Of a DNA stretch of 64,000 bases, positions 9,117 to 19,700 are shown in pieces. Source of the stretch: Planctomycetota bacterium. GTDB lineage: Bacteria; Planctomycetota; Brocadiia; JAADGH01. The stretch lies in contig JBFMAD010000002.1 in NCBI GenBank assembly GCA_040755855.1, forward strand, positions 128,001-192,000, in the 5' to 3' direction. Position 1 is the first letter of the stretch. Every line of letters starts with the position of its first letter. Under the pieces are notes generated by a model. That model did no database searches. It was not told where the DNA came from and saw nothing but the letters and a program-made list of their open reading frames with translations. The position numbers were made by a program, and so were the translations under genes.

Positions 9117-9145
9117 TTGCGTTCCACTTCGTCATGCGCTACAAT
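9117..9145 (+). promoter_or_regulatory. Sigma70-type promoter
   Basis: TTGCGT-17 nt-TACAAT upstream of the 9232-14585 cluster. Confidence 0.45.
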
Positions 9146-9231
9146 CCCCGCCACGGAGCGCGGAGCCCTCGGCGCGTGCCGCGGACGATTTATGCCGGGT
9201 GGAGACAGGAGAAGGGAAGGTCAATTTGGCC

Positions 9232-10245
9232 ATGCACGATATTCGAAATTTTATCGAGAGCGTGCGCGAGATCGTCGCGAGTCACAATCTGGGCGAGCCG
9301 GGCGCATACCGCCGGTGGAACCGGCAGAACGCCGACTCCACTCGTGATCTCTCGTTGAATCCGTATGGCTGCGCCGACGCCGCGAACATTCTCTACACGA
9401 TTGGCTTTTTCCCGCGAGATTCTCGCGAGCGAGAAGGCTTTGTCCAGACGCTTCGGAGTCAACAGGATTCAGAAACCGGATTGTTCCGTGAACGCAACTC
9501 AGTGATTCACGAGATTCACACGACGGCCCACTGTATCGCCGCCCTTGAGCTCTTCGACGCCCTCCCGGAACATCCGCTGGCTGGGCTTTCCGAGTATCGT
9601 GATCCCAAGGCGATGGAGGCGTTTCTGGATGGGCTGGACTGGCGCGCCAATCCGTGGGGGGAGTCGCACAAGGGCGCCGGCGTCTATGTCGCGCTGGTCC
9701 TTGCCGGCGAAGTCTCGCTTGAGTGGGAGGACCGGTACTTTGCCTGGCTCTTCCGAGAGACCGACCCGGAGACCGGCTTCCTCAGAAAAGGGTGCATCGC
9801 CCCGATTGAGATGGGTGGGACGTCGTCAATCTTCCCGCACCTTGCCGGCGCGTTCCACTACCTTTTCAATCAAGAGTATGCGCGCAGGCCGATTCGTTAT
9901 CCGCAGGCGATGATTGACACATGCCTTGATCTATTCAACAGCGGCCACCCCGTCGGCAAAAGAGGCATCGGGTATGCGGGGATAGACTGGGTGTTCTGCC
10001 TCACTCGAAGCCTGCGACAGTGCGGGCATCGCTACGAGGACTGCCGCGAGGCGCTTGCGGCCTTCCTGGATTGCCACATGGACTTCCTGCTGCCGCTTGA
10101 CCCACACGCCCACGAGGGAATGAATGACTTGCATGCGCTGTTTGGAACGATCTGCTGCCTTGCGGAGCTTCAGACGGCGCTCCCGGGACAGATCAGGACC
10201 GAGCGCCCCTTGAAACTCGTGCTGGATCGAAGGCCCTTTATCTGA
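9232..10245 (+). CDS. Hypothetical protein, prenyltransferase/alpha-alpha toroid-like repeats
   Basis: 'QQDSETGLF' and 'ETDPETGF' QW-like repeats; conserved-looking C-terminus 'LDRRPFI'. Confidence 0.7.
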   Translation: MHDIRNFIESVREIVASHNLGEPGAYRRWNRQNADSTRDLSLNPYGCADAANILYTIGFFPRDSREREGFVQTLRSQQDSETGLFRERNSVIHEIHTTAHCIAALELFDALPEHPLAGLSEYRDPKAMEAFLDGLDWRANPWGESHKGAGVYVALVLAGEVSLEWEDRYFAWLFRETDPETGFLRKGCIAPIEMGGTSSIFPHLAGAFHYLFNQEYARRPIRYPQAMIDTCLDLFNSGHPVGKRGIGYAGIDWVFCLTRSLRQCGHRYEDCREALAAFLDCHMDFLLPLDPHAHEGMNDLHALFGTICCLAELQTALPGQIRTERPLKLVLDRRPFI

Positions 10246-10264
10246 ATCGTGTTTTGGAGGAACC

Positions 10265-12700
10265 ATGGTTGCGAAAAGAATTCTGACTGTCGTTCTTCTG
10301 GTCTTCTGGGCGATTGGGTTGGTTGCTTGCGCCGAGGAGGGGATGGCCATTGTTGTTGGGAACAAGCCCGGCTCGGTTGAGCAGTTCGCGGCGGAGGAGC
10401 TCCAGAACTATCTGGAGAAAATCACCGGACAGAAGGTCCCCATCCAGGCGGAACGAACCAATGGCGCGACGAATCTCATCATCACCGGAACCGACGGTGT
10501 CGGTGACGAGGGGTTCATCCTGAGAGCCGAGGGCAACGACCTCCTTCTCGCCGGCGGCGGGCCGCGCGGGAGGCTTTATGCCGTCTACGAATTCATCGAA
10601 AAGCATCTCGGCGTGCGATGGTTCGGCTCGGATGCGAGCGATGAGGTCATCCCGAAACGATCTGCCGATGAAATCATCGCAATCGTCAAAAAAGGAATAA
10701 ACGACAAACAAGTCCCCTCGTTCTACTTTCGCGAGGTCTCGATCAACCTCGGCGGCCCGACCTCCATGTCCACGCTGGGCAAACTCCGCTTCAACGCCGT
10801 CATGACCGGCTATGCGCTGAGCGATACATGGAGGCAGACCACGCTGCCGGAGCTTCGGAAGCGTGGGATTGATCTGGTCATCGGCGGACACGACACCTAC
10901 CGGCGCTTCCTCCCCCCGGAGAAGCATTTTGTGGAACATCCCGACTGGTCTATCCTCCGCAAGGGCCAGCGCGTCGGCACAGACACGCTCGATGGCGGGG
11001 CGACCTTCTGCACCACGAACAAGGAAGCCCTCGCTATCTTCCTCGACAACCTCGCTGCGCATGTCAAGCAGATGCCCGAAGCGAAGTACATTTATCCGTG
11101 GCCGAGCGATGGGGCGCGCTGGTGCGAGTGCGAGACCTGCAACCCCATCTCCGTGGGCGACCGGCTGCTGGCGCTGGACATCGCCATTGCCGAGGCCGTG
11201 AAAAAGGTACGGCCCGACATGATCGTGATTCACTTCGCCTATGGCAGCCACATGGAGATCCCGCAGGACCTCCGCCCGCCCAGGGAAATGGCCATCAGCC
11301 TCAGCACATGGGGGCGCAACTTCGCCTATGCCATGGAGGAGGAAGGCACGGACAAAAAATTCCGCGACGCCCTCGCCGGTTGGAGCAGGATCTGCGAGGA
11401 GACCGGCTGCCCGCTTTACGTCCACTCCAAACTCATGCGACTCTTCGGCAACGGCTTCGTTCTGATGCCCTACGCCGTCGCGCCGAGGGACATGAAGTTC
11501 CGGAAGAAAATGGGCGTAGATGGCTTCGATTTCCACCGAGGCAACTATGGCTGGTGGACGAAAGGGCTGAACGACTCCGTCATCGCCAAGCTGGCCTGGA
11601 ACTGCGAGGCGGATGTCAACGCCATCATAGACGACTACTTCGTCGCCTACTGGGCGCCGGTCGGGGAGGATGTGAGAAGGATCTTCCTTAGCGTCGAGAA
11701 GGCCCTGCCCGACCGGAGATACTGGGCGGGCCACACGAATCCCAATCTCTTCCACACCAACATCGAGGGAAACGATCCCCGATACATCCCCAAAATCCTA
11801 AGGGCAGACACAAGTTTCAAGAAGGAATATCTGGACGAAATCGAGAAGTATAACGATAATTCCCTCTCGGTGCTTGGCGACTCCCTCGACGCGATCCGCC
11901 GCCTTCGCGCCGAGGCCAAGGACCCGGTCCTGTCGAAGCGCCTTGCGAAGCTCGACACAACATTCGAGTATGTGATCCTCCAGCGCGAGGCGATCCGGGG
12001 ATTCCTCGCCCTGCGCAAGGACGCGACGCCGATGGCGGCAAGCGCATCGGAGAGCCTGCGCAAACTGGATGAGCAGGAGGCGAAGATCACCGAACTTGAG
12101 GCGCTGGAAAAGAAGATCGAGGCGGTGTGCACGAAGGAGAACCGCGCGGCGGGCGTCCTCTGGGACAACGGCCAGACGCGATTGGACGCGCTGAAGGGCT
12201 GGCGCGACGCGATCCCCCAACGAAAGGCGCTATTCGACGCCGACGCCAAGATCGAGAAGGACATCGTCTGGCAGATCGGGACGCCCTACGCCACCTTTGT
12301 CGGGGATATGGGCGGCGGCGCCGGCCATCCGGCGCACGTGAAATACCGCATCCCCGATGACTGGACCCTCGGGCGCAGCGCGAGCGATTTCCCCCAGCGC
12401 CACAACGAGCCGGGCAAGAAGTGCGCCTGCCGGTACGACATCATCTTCAAGGCCGATGCCGGGAAGTATCTGCTCACCGTTGCCCACGGCACATCGGCAA
12501 AGCCGGAGACCGTTCATGTTCTCTTGGACGGCGCAGAGGTCGGCAAGTACACCACCCAGAACAAGGAGCGCAGCGTGCGGGCCGATTTCCCCTTGAGCAT
12601 CAAGGAGGCCGGTGAGCACACCATCACCCTCACCGAACCCGAAGAGGAAGGCGGGGGGTATGAACTGGATGCGATTCGGCTGGTTCGGGTTCAGGAATAG
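10265..12700 (+). CDS. Secreted DUF4838-domain protein (GH20/GH67-like N-domain, putative glycoside hydrolase)
   Basis: Signal peptide; 'AAEELQNYLEKITG...EGFILR...GRLYAVYEFIEKHLGVRWF'; 'GGHD', 'CTTN', 'PSDG..WCEC..C', 'FAY', 'LAWN'; C-terminal beta-sandwich. Confidence 0.85.
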   Translation: MVAKRILTVVLLVFWAIGLVACAEEGMAIVVGNKPGSVEQFAAEELQNYLEKITGQKVPIQAERTNGATNLIITGTDGVGDEGFILRAEGNDLLLAGGGPRGRLYAVYEFIEKHLGVRWFGSDASDEVIPKRSADEIIAIVKKGINDKQVPSFYFREVSINLGGPTSMSTLGKLRFNAVMTGYALSDTWRQTTLPELRKRGIDLVIGGHDTYRRFLPPEKHFVEHPDWSILRKGQRVGTDTLDGGATFCTTNKEALAIFLDNLAAHVKQMPEAKYIYPWPSDGARWCECETCNPISVGDRLLALDIAIAEAVKKVRPDMIVIHFAYGSHMEIPQDLRPPREMAISLSTWGRNFAYAMEEEGTDKKFRDALAGWSRICEETGCPLYVHSKLMRLFGNGFVLMPYAVAPRDMKFRKKMGVDGFDFHRGNYGWWTKGLNDSVIAKLAWNCEADVNAIIDDYFVAYWAPVGEDVRRIFLSVEKALPDRRYWAGHTNPNLFHTNIEGNDPRYIPKILRADTSFKKEYLDEIEKYNDNSLSVLGDSLDAIRRLRAEAKDPVLSKRLAKLDTTFEYVILQREAIRGFLALRKDATPMAASASESLRKLDEQEAKITELEALEKKIEAVCTKENRAAGVLWDNGQTRLDALKGWRDAIPQRKALFDADAKIEKDIVWQIGTPYATFVGDMGGGAGHPAHVKYRIPDDWTLGRSASDFPQRHNEPGKKCACRYDIIFKADAGKYLLTVAHGTSAKPETVHVLLDGAEVGKYTTQNKERSVRADFPLSIKEAGEHTITLTEPEEEGGGYELDAIRLVRVQE

Positions 12701-12713
12701 AAAGGCACGAGGC

Positions 12714-14585
12714 ATGACGCACGAGGCGTTTTTCCGGAAGAGACTTTGTCTCGTTGCCGGCCTGCTGGGACTGGGAATCCTTGTCTGCCAATCCATCCTC
12801 GCCCTGGATGCCAACCTTGTCGAGAAGAAACTGGCGGAGTCCCGGGCGACGCCGGAGAAGGAGATCGTCGAGTTCAAAAAATTGGTCGCCGACGCCCTGC
12901 GCAGGGGAGCGGGGCTTGACGACAAACACATGCAGGAGAAGGCGCACCAGGTCCACGCCCTCCTGCGGAAATACTACTTCGACCCGCGCAACAACATGGT
13001 CTATACGATCATCGAGCCGCATACCGGCCAGGTCGTCTTTCCGACCGAAGAGGACGTGAGGAACAATCTTCCCAACGCCAACGGCTGGTCAACCTGCATC
13101 GAGGACTGCGCGGGCTACGGGAACGGACGCCACCTGGCCTGGCTCGCGGCAAGGTGCGATGTAACGCGGCGGCCCGAACACGCCGAGTTCGCAAGGGCAG
13201 TCTTCACCGGGCTTTGCACGCTCGGCGAAATCCGCGAAGAAACCAAGCCCTTTCGCGCCATCGTCCGCGGCGTGCTTCCCGATGGAAAAACCTTCTACGT
13301 CGGAAAAGGCCCCGGCCCCGGCAGAAGCACGGGCGACAACTACACCGGCTATTGTTTCGGGATGTGGACCTATTTCCATTCTCCGTTCGCAAGCGACGCG
13401 GAGAAGGAGCGAATCCGCGCCATCATCCACGGCACAGACCCTCGCAGCGGCGGCGCCTTCGCGGCAATGGCCGGGGACATCACGAGCAATAAGGAGTTCA
13501 TGGACCGGTACGAGACGCGAAAAGCCCCCGCCCTCGAATCGCTGGCGGAGCAGACCGCAACCACCGACCAATCCTGGACCGCCGTGCAGCGGCAGATTCA
13601 TTACACCGCCCTTCGCAAAATTGATCCCGATCCTCTTTGCAGGAAGGTCTATGAACACGCCATGCGCGCCAATGCCTGGGGGCGGTGCAAGGACATCCTT
13701 GCCGGACTCGATTTCGACCCGAACAAGGACGATTACGCCCACCGCGTGAAGACGGTCCGCAATCCCCTCGACGGCATGTTGGCGGTGATGCTCTCGGAGG
13801 ATCGAGAGGCGATCGAAACCTTGCTGCCCCTCTACCGCCTGGTGATCGAGCGGTACGACTTTGCCGCGTTCCGCGACCAACGGCAACTCACGCCCTTTCT
13901 CGGCGCATATTGGCTCGCCGTGAAACAGGGCTTTCTCCGGTATGATCCTTCTCTCCCCGAACCGGACCTCCAGCATGTCTACCTCACCCCGCTTGACCCA
14001 AACCACACCCCCGTCCTCACCTACTTTGCCGACTGCGATCCGGCGGCTACGGGGGTTGACGAGGGGATGAACTGGCTGCCCGGCCCGCCCAACTGGAAGG
14101 TGCGAATCCGTGAGGCCCAAATGGAACTTCGGGAGGGTATCCTCCGTATCCAGTCCCCGCCGAAAGGAAACATCTCCTTTGAAGCCATTTCCGAACCCTG
14201 GCTCAGACGCGCCTCAAATGAACGGGGGTATTCTATCGAGGCGCGAATGCGCATCGCATCGGGGACATTCGTAATTGCGTTTGAGGATGGAGATTTTTCG
14301 GAAGAACTGGCAATTTCTCCCGACAAGATTTCCCTGAAAAACATACCTATGGAAGTCAAGAATACCGCCGCCGAATTCGCCCAGTACAAGATCAGCGTCA
14401 AAGGCAACCGACTCGAGGTGCAAAAAGATGGAACGCGGCTGTTCGGGGCGGAGTTGAAACAGCGTTCCAGCAGGAGGCAAATGACCTGGGGCGTTCGGTC
14501 CGAAGGGCGGGCGCAGTGCGAAGTGGATGCCTTCTCCTACACCGTGGCCGATCGTTTTCGATACCCGCACAGCGATTCAAAGTGA
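12714..14585 (+). CDS. Secreted hypothetical protein (alpha/alpha barrel-like plus C-terminal beta domain)
   Basis: Long ORF with host codon bias and a signal-peptide-like N-terminus, in an operon with the DUF4838 gene. Confidence 0.7.
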   Translation: MTHEAFFRKRLCLVAGLLGLGILVCQSILALDANLVEKKLAESRATPEKEIVEFKKLVADALRRGAGLDDKHMQEKAHQVHALLRKYYFDPRNNMVYTIIEPHTGQVVFPTEEDVRNNLPNANGWSTCIEDCAGYGNGRHLAWLAARCDVTRRPEHAEFARAVFTGLCTLGEIREETKPFRAIVRGVLPDGKTFYVGKGPGPGRSTGDNYTGYCFGMWTYFHSPFASDAEKERIRAIIHGTDPRSGGAFAAMAGDITSNKEFMDRYETRKAPALESLAEQTATTDQSWTAVQRQIHYTALRKIDPDPLCRKVYEHAMRANAWGRCKDILAGLDFDPNKDDYAHRVKTVRNPLDGMLAVMLSEDREAIETLLPLYRLVIERYDFAAFRDQRQLTPFLGAYWLAVKQGFLRYDPSLPEPDLQHVYLTPLDPNHTPVLTYFADCDPAATGVDEGMNWLPGPPNWKVRIREAQMELREGILRIQSPPKGNISFEAISEPWLRRASNERGYSIEARMRIASGTFVIAFEDGDFSEELAISPDKISLKNIPMEVKNTAAEFAQYKISVKGNRLEVQKDGTRLFGAELKQRSSRRQMTWGVRSEGRAQCEVDAFSYTVADRFRYPHSDSK

Positions 14586-14618
14586 AGGGGCTTTCCTGCC
14601 GCCTTGCCTGGCGCGGCC

Positions 14619-15302
14619 TTACTGCTCGGGGGGGAGCTGCATCTGCTGAGTCTGGTGCGTGCGTTCGTCGGCCCGCTTGGTCGCCTCCATCATGATGTCG
14701 CGGATGGGGCGTTTGACGGTCTGGAGGACGTACCCGTCGGCGTACTTCACTCGGAAGTACCCCCTCCGCCAGGTGAGCATGCTGATGAGCGCCTCGTCCC
14801 CCAGGCCCTGGCCGAGGGTGGCGTGGATGGCCTTGCCGTCGCGGACATGGACCGTCCCCACCGCCCCGTCGTTCCTCAAGGTGATGAAGGCGTTGCGGTG
14901 GTTCATCTCGAAGAGGTGAAGCAGCTCGGCGGCCGTGAGGAGCTCCAGCGGTCCGACAATCGTGTCGGCCACCCGGGACTTGGGCAGCTCGACGTGCCCC
15001 ATGCCCTTCAGCGCGGCAATCAGCAGTTGGACCGTGCTCTCTCGAACGGTGCGCTGGATCTTCCCCCGGAGGGCGACCAGCTCGAAGAAACTCTCGATCC
15101 AGCGAAGGATCTCGACAATCGCCTCGTCCCCCCTCAGATCACGATAGACGGCGTCCGCGAGGACTCCATCCTGGATGAAGACCTTCCCCAGACGATGCTT
15201 GTGATTGACGGTGATGGCTACGCTCCGCCGGTGCATCTCGGAGATCTGAATCAATTCAAACAACCCGGCGAAGCGCGTTCGCCCTCGGACACACCCTTGC
15301 AT
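14619..15302 (-). CDS. Tandem DUF4388 (PatA_N-like) domain protein
   Basis: Two repeats of 'L.EL.Q...M.....I.....G.V...DG....A.....G.EA...L.W..G.F'. Confidence 0.8.
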   Translation of the reverse strand: MQGCVRGRTRFAGLFELIQISEMHRRSVAITVNHKHRLGKVFIQDGVLADAVYRDLRGDEAIVEILRWIESFFELVALRGKIQRTVRESTVQLLIAALKGMGHVELPKSRVADTIVGPLELLTAAELLHLFEMNHRNAFITLRNDGAVGTVHVRDGKAIHATLGQGLGDEALISMLTWRRGYFRVKYADGYVLQTVKRPIRDIMMEATKRADERTHQTQQMQLPPEQ

Positions 15303-15460
15303 TGGCTCTGTTTCCTGTTTTTGGGCGAATACCCCCACACGCGCTACGGCGTTCTCTTCTCTCTTCAGGAATTATTATATATTACCACATCCTTTCGCAA
15401 GACACAAGTATTTTGTCATGGAAATCTTGGCCCCCAGCGCAATTTGGGCCTGAATTCCTG

Positions 15461-15489
15461 TTGACTGCCTACCGGCCTCTTGGTACGCT
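15461..15489 (+). promoter_or_regulatory. Sigma70-type promoter
   Basis: TTGACT-17 nt-TACGCT with TG extension. Confidence 0.5.
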
Positions 15490-15531
15490 CTGAACCCTTA
15501 ACCGAGTTTCGTAATCCGCAAGGAGCATGAA

Positions 15532-16728
15532 ATGGCGTACCACATGGATTTCCAACGACACAACGAAGAGGTCCGCGCCCTCTGGGCCGGCTACCGCGAG
15601 GGAAAACCGACGCGCGTGCCCGTCCAGTGGCACATGAACAGCCGCATGTGGCTCCTCAACCCGAGGCTCAACACGAAGGGATACACCTTCCAGGACTACT
15701 ACCGGCGGCCCGAGGTCGCGCTGGAGGTCGAGTTGGAGTTCACCAAATGGCGGCGCACCGAGGTGATGGAGGACACCCACAAGGGGCTGCCGGAAAAGTG
15801 GCACGTCAATATGTGCGGTCAGAACGTCCTCGGCGCGGGATGGCTCGGATCGAAGATCGTCTTCCGCGAGAATGCCGTCCCCCACGTGGAACCGGGCCTC
15901 CTCGCCGAGAAGGACGCATTGAAGGACGCCGAAATCCCGGACGTCCGCGCACGCGACATGAGGTATGCGTGGGAATTCCGGGACTATTGCCTCGACCAGA
16001 TCAAGAAGGGATACGAGTTCGAGGGCCGCCCCCTCGCGGGAGTGGGCTACCCCGGCGTGGAGCCGCCCATGACCCTGGCCTACCTCCTGCGCGGCTCGAC
16101 GCAGTTTCTGATTGACCTCTGCGAAGACGCCGACTACTTCCGCCGCCTGATGACCTATGCCACAGACGCCTATCTGACGTTCACCCGGAAGGTGCACGAG
16201 TGGCAGGGCGTGAAGGAGAAGCCCAGGCAAGGCGGATTCAGCGACGACGCCATCGAGCTGATCTCCGTGGCGCACTTCAACGAGTTCGTCTATCCTCACC
16301 ACAAGCGCGTCCTGGACGCGCTCTACGACGGCGGGCCGTTCTGCTATCACCTCTGCGGCCGGGCGCAGCACCAGTTCAGAAACCTGCGCGACCGTCTCAA
16401 TGTCTGGGCCTTCGACACCGGCTTCCCCACCGACCTCGGCAAGGCCCGGAAGGAGCTCGGCCCGGCCGTCACCCTCTGGGGCAACATCCATGTGGCGACG
16501 CTCCAATACGGTACGAAAGACGAAATCACCGACGCCGTCCGAAAAATCCTCGACAGCGGCGTCATGCACGGCGGGCGCTTCGTCTTTGGCGACGGCAACA
16601 ACGTCGCCGAGCGAACGCCAGAGGAGAACCTGAATCACTGCTATGAGGTGGTCAAAGACCTCGGCGCCTATCGCCAGGACCAATACGTTGAACATCTGGA
16701 ACCGAAGTACTATCCCTATGCCGGGTAA
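15532..16728 (+). CDS. Uroporphyrinogen decarboxylase/cobamide methyltransferase (URO-D-like) family protein
   Basis: 'P.TLAYLLRG', 'SDD...IS...F.EFV.P', 'HLCG', 'LWGNI', 'FVFGDG.NV..TPEENL'. Confidence 0.85.
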   Translation: MAYHMDFQRHNEEVRALWAGYREGKPTRVPVQWHMNSRMWLLNPRLNTKGYTFQDYYRRPEVALEVELEFTKWRRTEVMEDTHKGLPEKWHVNMCGQNVLGAGWLGSKIVFRENAVPHVEPGLLAEKDALKDAEIPDVRARDMRYAWEFRDYCLDQIKKGYEFEGRPLAGVGYPGVEPPMTLAYLLRGSTQFLIDLCEDADYFRRLMTYATDAYLTFTRKVHEWQGVKEKPRQGGFSDDAIELISVAHFNEFVYPHHKRVLDALYDGGPFCYHLCGRAQHQFRNLRDRLNVWAFDTGFPTDLGKARKELGPAVTLWGNIHVATLQYGTKDEITDAVRKILDSGVMHGGRFVFGDGNNVAERTPEENLNHCYEVVKDLGAYRQDQYVEHLEPKYYPYAG

Positions 16729-16734
16729 GCCATT

Positions 16735-19700
16735 ATGGGGAAAATGACGCTGCCACGCTATGCCGTTTGCATAAGCCTTGCCTTGTTGATCCTCCTGCTC
16801 GAACACGTCCAGGCCCAGCCGCAGCCGGAACCATTGACCCGCGCCATCCTCGATTCGACCGGCGTCCGAGGCGGCCTCATCGTCCACCTCGGCTGTGGCG
16901 ATGGGAAGCTGACGGCTGCGCTAAGGTTGAGTGAGAGTTACATTGTACACGGGTTGGAGAGAGACGCCGCGAGGGTCGCGGAGGCGCGGGAACACATCCG
17001 CTCCCTCGGTCTCTATGGCAAGGTGTCCGTCGCACTGTGGCACGGGGATCGCCTTCCGTATGCGGACAACCTTGTCAATCTGATAGTGGCAAGTGGGGAG
17101 TGGAAAGTGGCGAGTGAAGAAATCCTGCGCGTCCTCGCCCCTAATGGCGTGGCACTTTTCACAAATCGCCAATCGAAAATCGAAAATCGAAAATTGCTCA
17201 AGCCCTGGACCACGGACATTGACGAGTGGACCCACTTTCTTCACGGTCCCGACAACAACGCTGTGGCAAGGGACAGCGTCGTCGGCCCGCCGGGTCGAAT
17301 CCAATGGACCGCCGGCCCGATGTGGTCGAAGGAGCACGACGTAACCCCGAGCATCTTCGGCCCCGTGTCGGCCAAGGGACGGCTGTTCTACATCCAAGAG
17401 GAAGGCCCGGTCTGCGTCATCGAAAAGGACCTTCCCGAGAAGCACAGCCTCGTGGCGCGCGACGCCTTCAACGGCGTGCTGCTGTGGAAGCGGCCGATGT
17501 CGAACTGGTATTCGAGCCGTCTCATCTGGGGCCACATCCCCGTGCACACGCAGCGCCGCCTGGTGGCCGTGGGTGATCGCGTCTATGTGACGCTGGGCCT
17601 GGGGTCGCCCGTCACGGCCATTGACGCGGCCACCGGCAAAACGATTCGAGAGTACCAGGCTACCGAAGACGCGAGCGAGATCGTCCACGACCAGGGCCTC
17701 CTTGCGCTTGCGATCCGAAAGACGCACCCGTTGGATGCCACACTATCGGGAAGGGACGGCGAGAGGTTCCGACCGGGATACCCGGGACCGGAGGAAGGCG
17801 GACAGGCCGTGATGGTGGTCAACGCGGAGACAGGCGAGACCCTCTGGCGCAGCGACAGGGGCTGCCTGCCGCTTACGCTCGCCGTCAATGATGGCAGGCT
17901 CTTCTTCGCGGAGGCGGAGAACGTCGCGTGTTTGGACTTGAGGACCGGCAAAGAGATATGGTGCTCGCCATGTATAGCCAAGGCGTTGGTTGCCCATGAC
18001 GGGATCGTTCTGGCGGCCAGTCATCACGAAAGAAAGTCCCGGACGATTGATCTCGCGGCCTTCTCGGTCGAGGACGGACGTTGCCTCTGGACAAGAAAGG
18101 GCGACTGCCTGCCGAACTTTTCCACCTTCTTCGCGCCGGTTGATCTCTTCGTTGCCCAGGGCCTGGTGTGGGGGCTGGCGGAGGACCTGGAATGGGACGC
18201 CCTGCCCGGCAGCGGGCATCTCCTCGGCCTCGATCCGACCACGGGAGAGGTAAAGAGGAAGATACCGTTAGAGGGGGCCTTTACCGCGGGACATCACGTT
18301 CGCTGCTACAAGGGCAAAGCGACGGAGCGATTCCTCTTGTTCAACAAGCGAGGCATCGAATTTGTGGGTCTCGATCCCGAGCAGAAGCCGATCCAGACTC
18401 AATGGGTCCGCGGGGCGTGCCGGTACGGCATCCTGCCCTGCAACGGCCTGATCTATGCGCCGTCCCATGCCTGCGCCTGCTACCCCGCCGCGATGCTTCG
18501 CGGCTTCTACGCCCTGGCCCCGGAAGACCAGAGGGCAGAGCCCAGAGATCAGAAATCAGAGAGACTGGAGCGCGGCACGGCATATTCTGAATCAATCCAA
18601 AATCCAAAATCCAAAATCCAAAATGAAAAAGATTGGCCCACCTACCGCCGCGACGCCGCCCGGAGCGGGGCGACCTCTTCGACGGTTCCGGATATACTAA
18701 CGCCCCTCTGGTCGGTCCCGATCGGCCAACGTCTGAGTGCGCCGACGGTTGCGGAGGGCAAGGTCTTTGTCGCCGATATTGACGCGCACACCGTCCACGC
18801 CGTGGACGCCCAAACGGGAAAAGAAGTCTGGCAATACACGGCCGGCGCTCGCGTGGACTCGCCGCCGACGATCCACAAGGGCATGGCCATCTTCGGCTGC
18901 CGGGATGGATGGGTCTATTGCCTTAGGGCCTCCGACGGGGCGCTGGCATGGCGTTTTCGCGGGGCGCCCGAGGAGCGTTGGGTCGGCGCATATGATCAGG
19001 TGGAATCCGCATGGCCCGTCCACGGCAGCGTACTGGTCAAAGACGACGTCGCCTACTTCGCAGCCGGGCGGTCGTCATTCCTCGACGGCGGCATCATCGT
19101 GCGCGCCGTGGACGCGGCGACGGGAAAGCTCCTCCACGAGATGCGCCTGAGCGGACCCGATCCGCAGCAGCACAAGGACATCATCACAGCCGGCGCCATG
19201 CCCGGCGCGGTCCCCGACATCCTTACAAGCGACGGCGCGAACCTCTATCTGCGCCACGTGCAGCTCGACCCGCAACTCTCCGTCCAGCCCGACGCGAAGG
19301 CGCTGTCCTGGGGCGTCAAGGGCGAGTCGCACATCCTCGTCGGCTCCGGCTTCCTCGACGACACTTTCTTTAACCGAACGGTCTGGCAATATGGAATTCG
19401 TATAGATCGGAGCCAGATGCTCGTGGTGGACGGGACGGACGTCTACGGGCTGCGGGTGTATTGGGGCATCTCCTGGAACTGCCCCGTGTTCCACCCCGGA
19501 GACGGCTATCTGCTGTTCCGGCAGGACGTCAGCAAACCCGTGCCCAAACCGCCGCCCAAAGAGGCGAAGCAACTTGGCCGCATTCCATACGAGAGATATG
19601 CGTGGCACACCCGCGTCCCCGTGAGGGCGTGGGCCATGGTTCTGACCGGGGCGTCCGACGGCGAGGCGAGTGCAGGAGAGGGGAAGCCGGCCCGGTCGGA

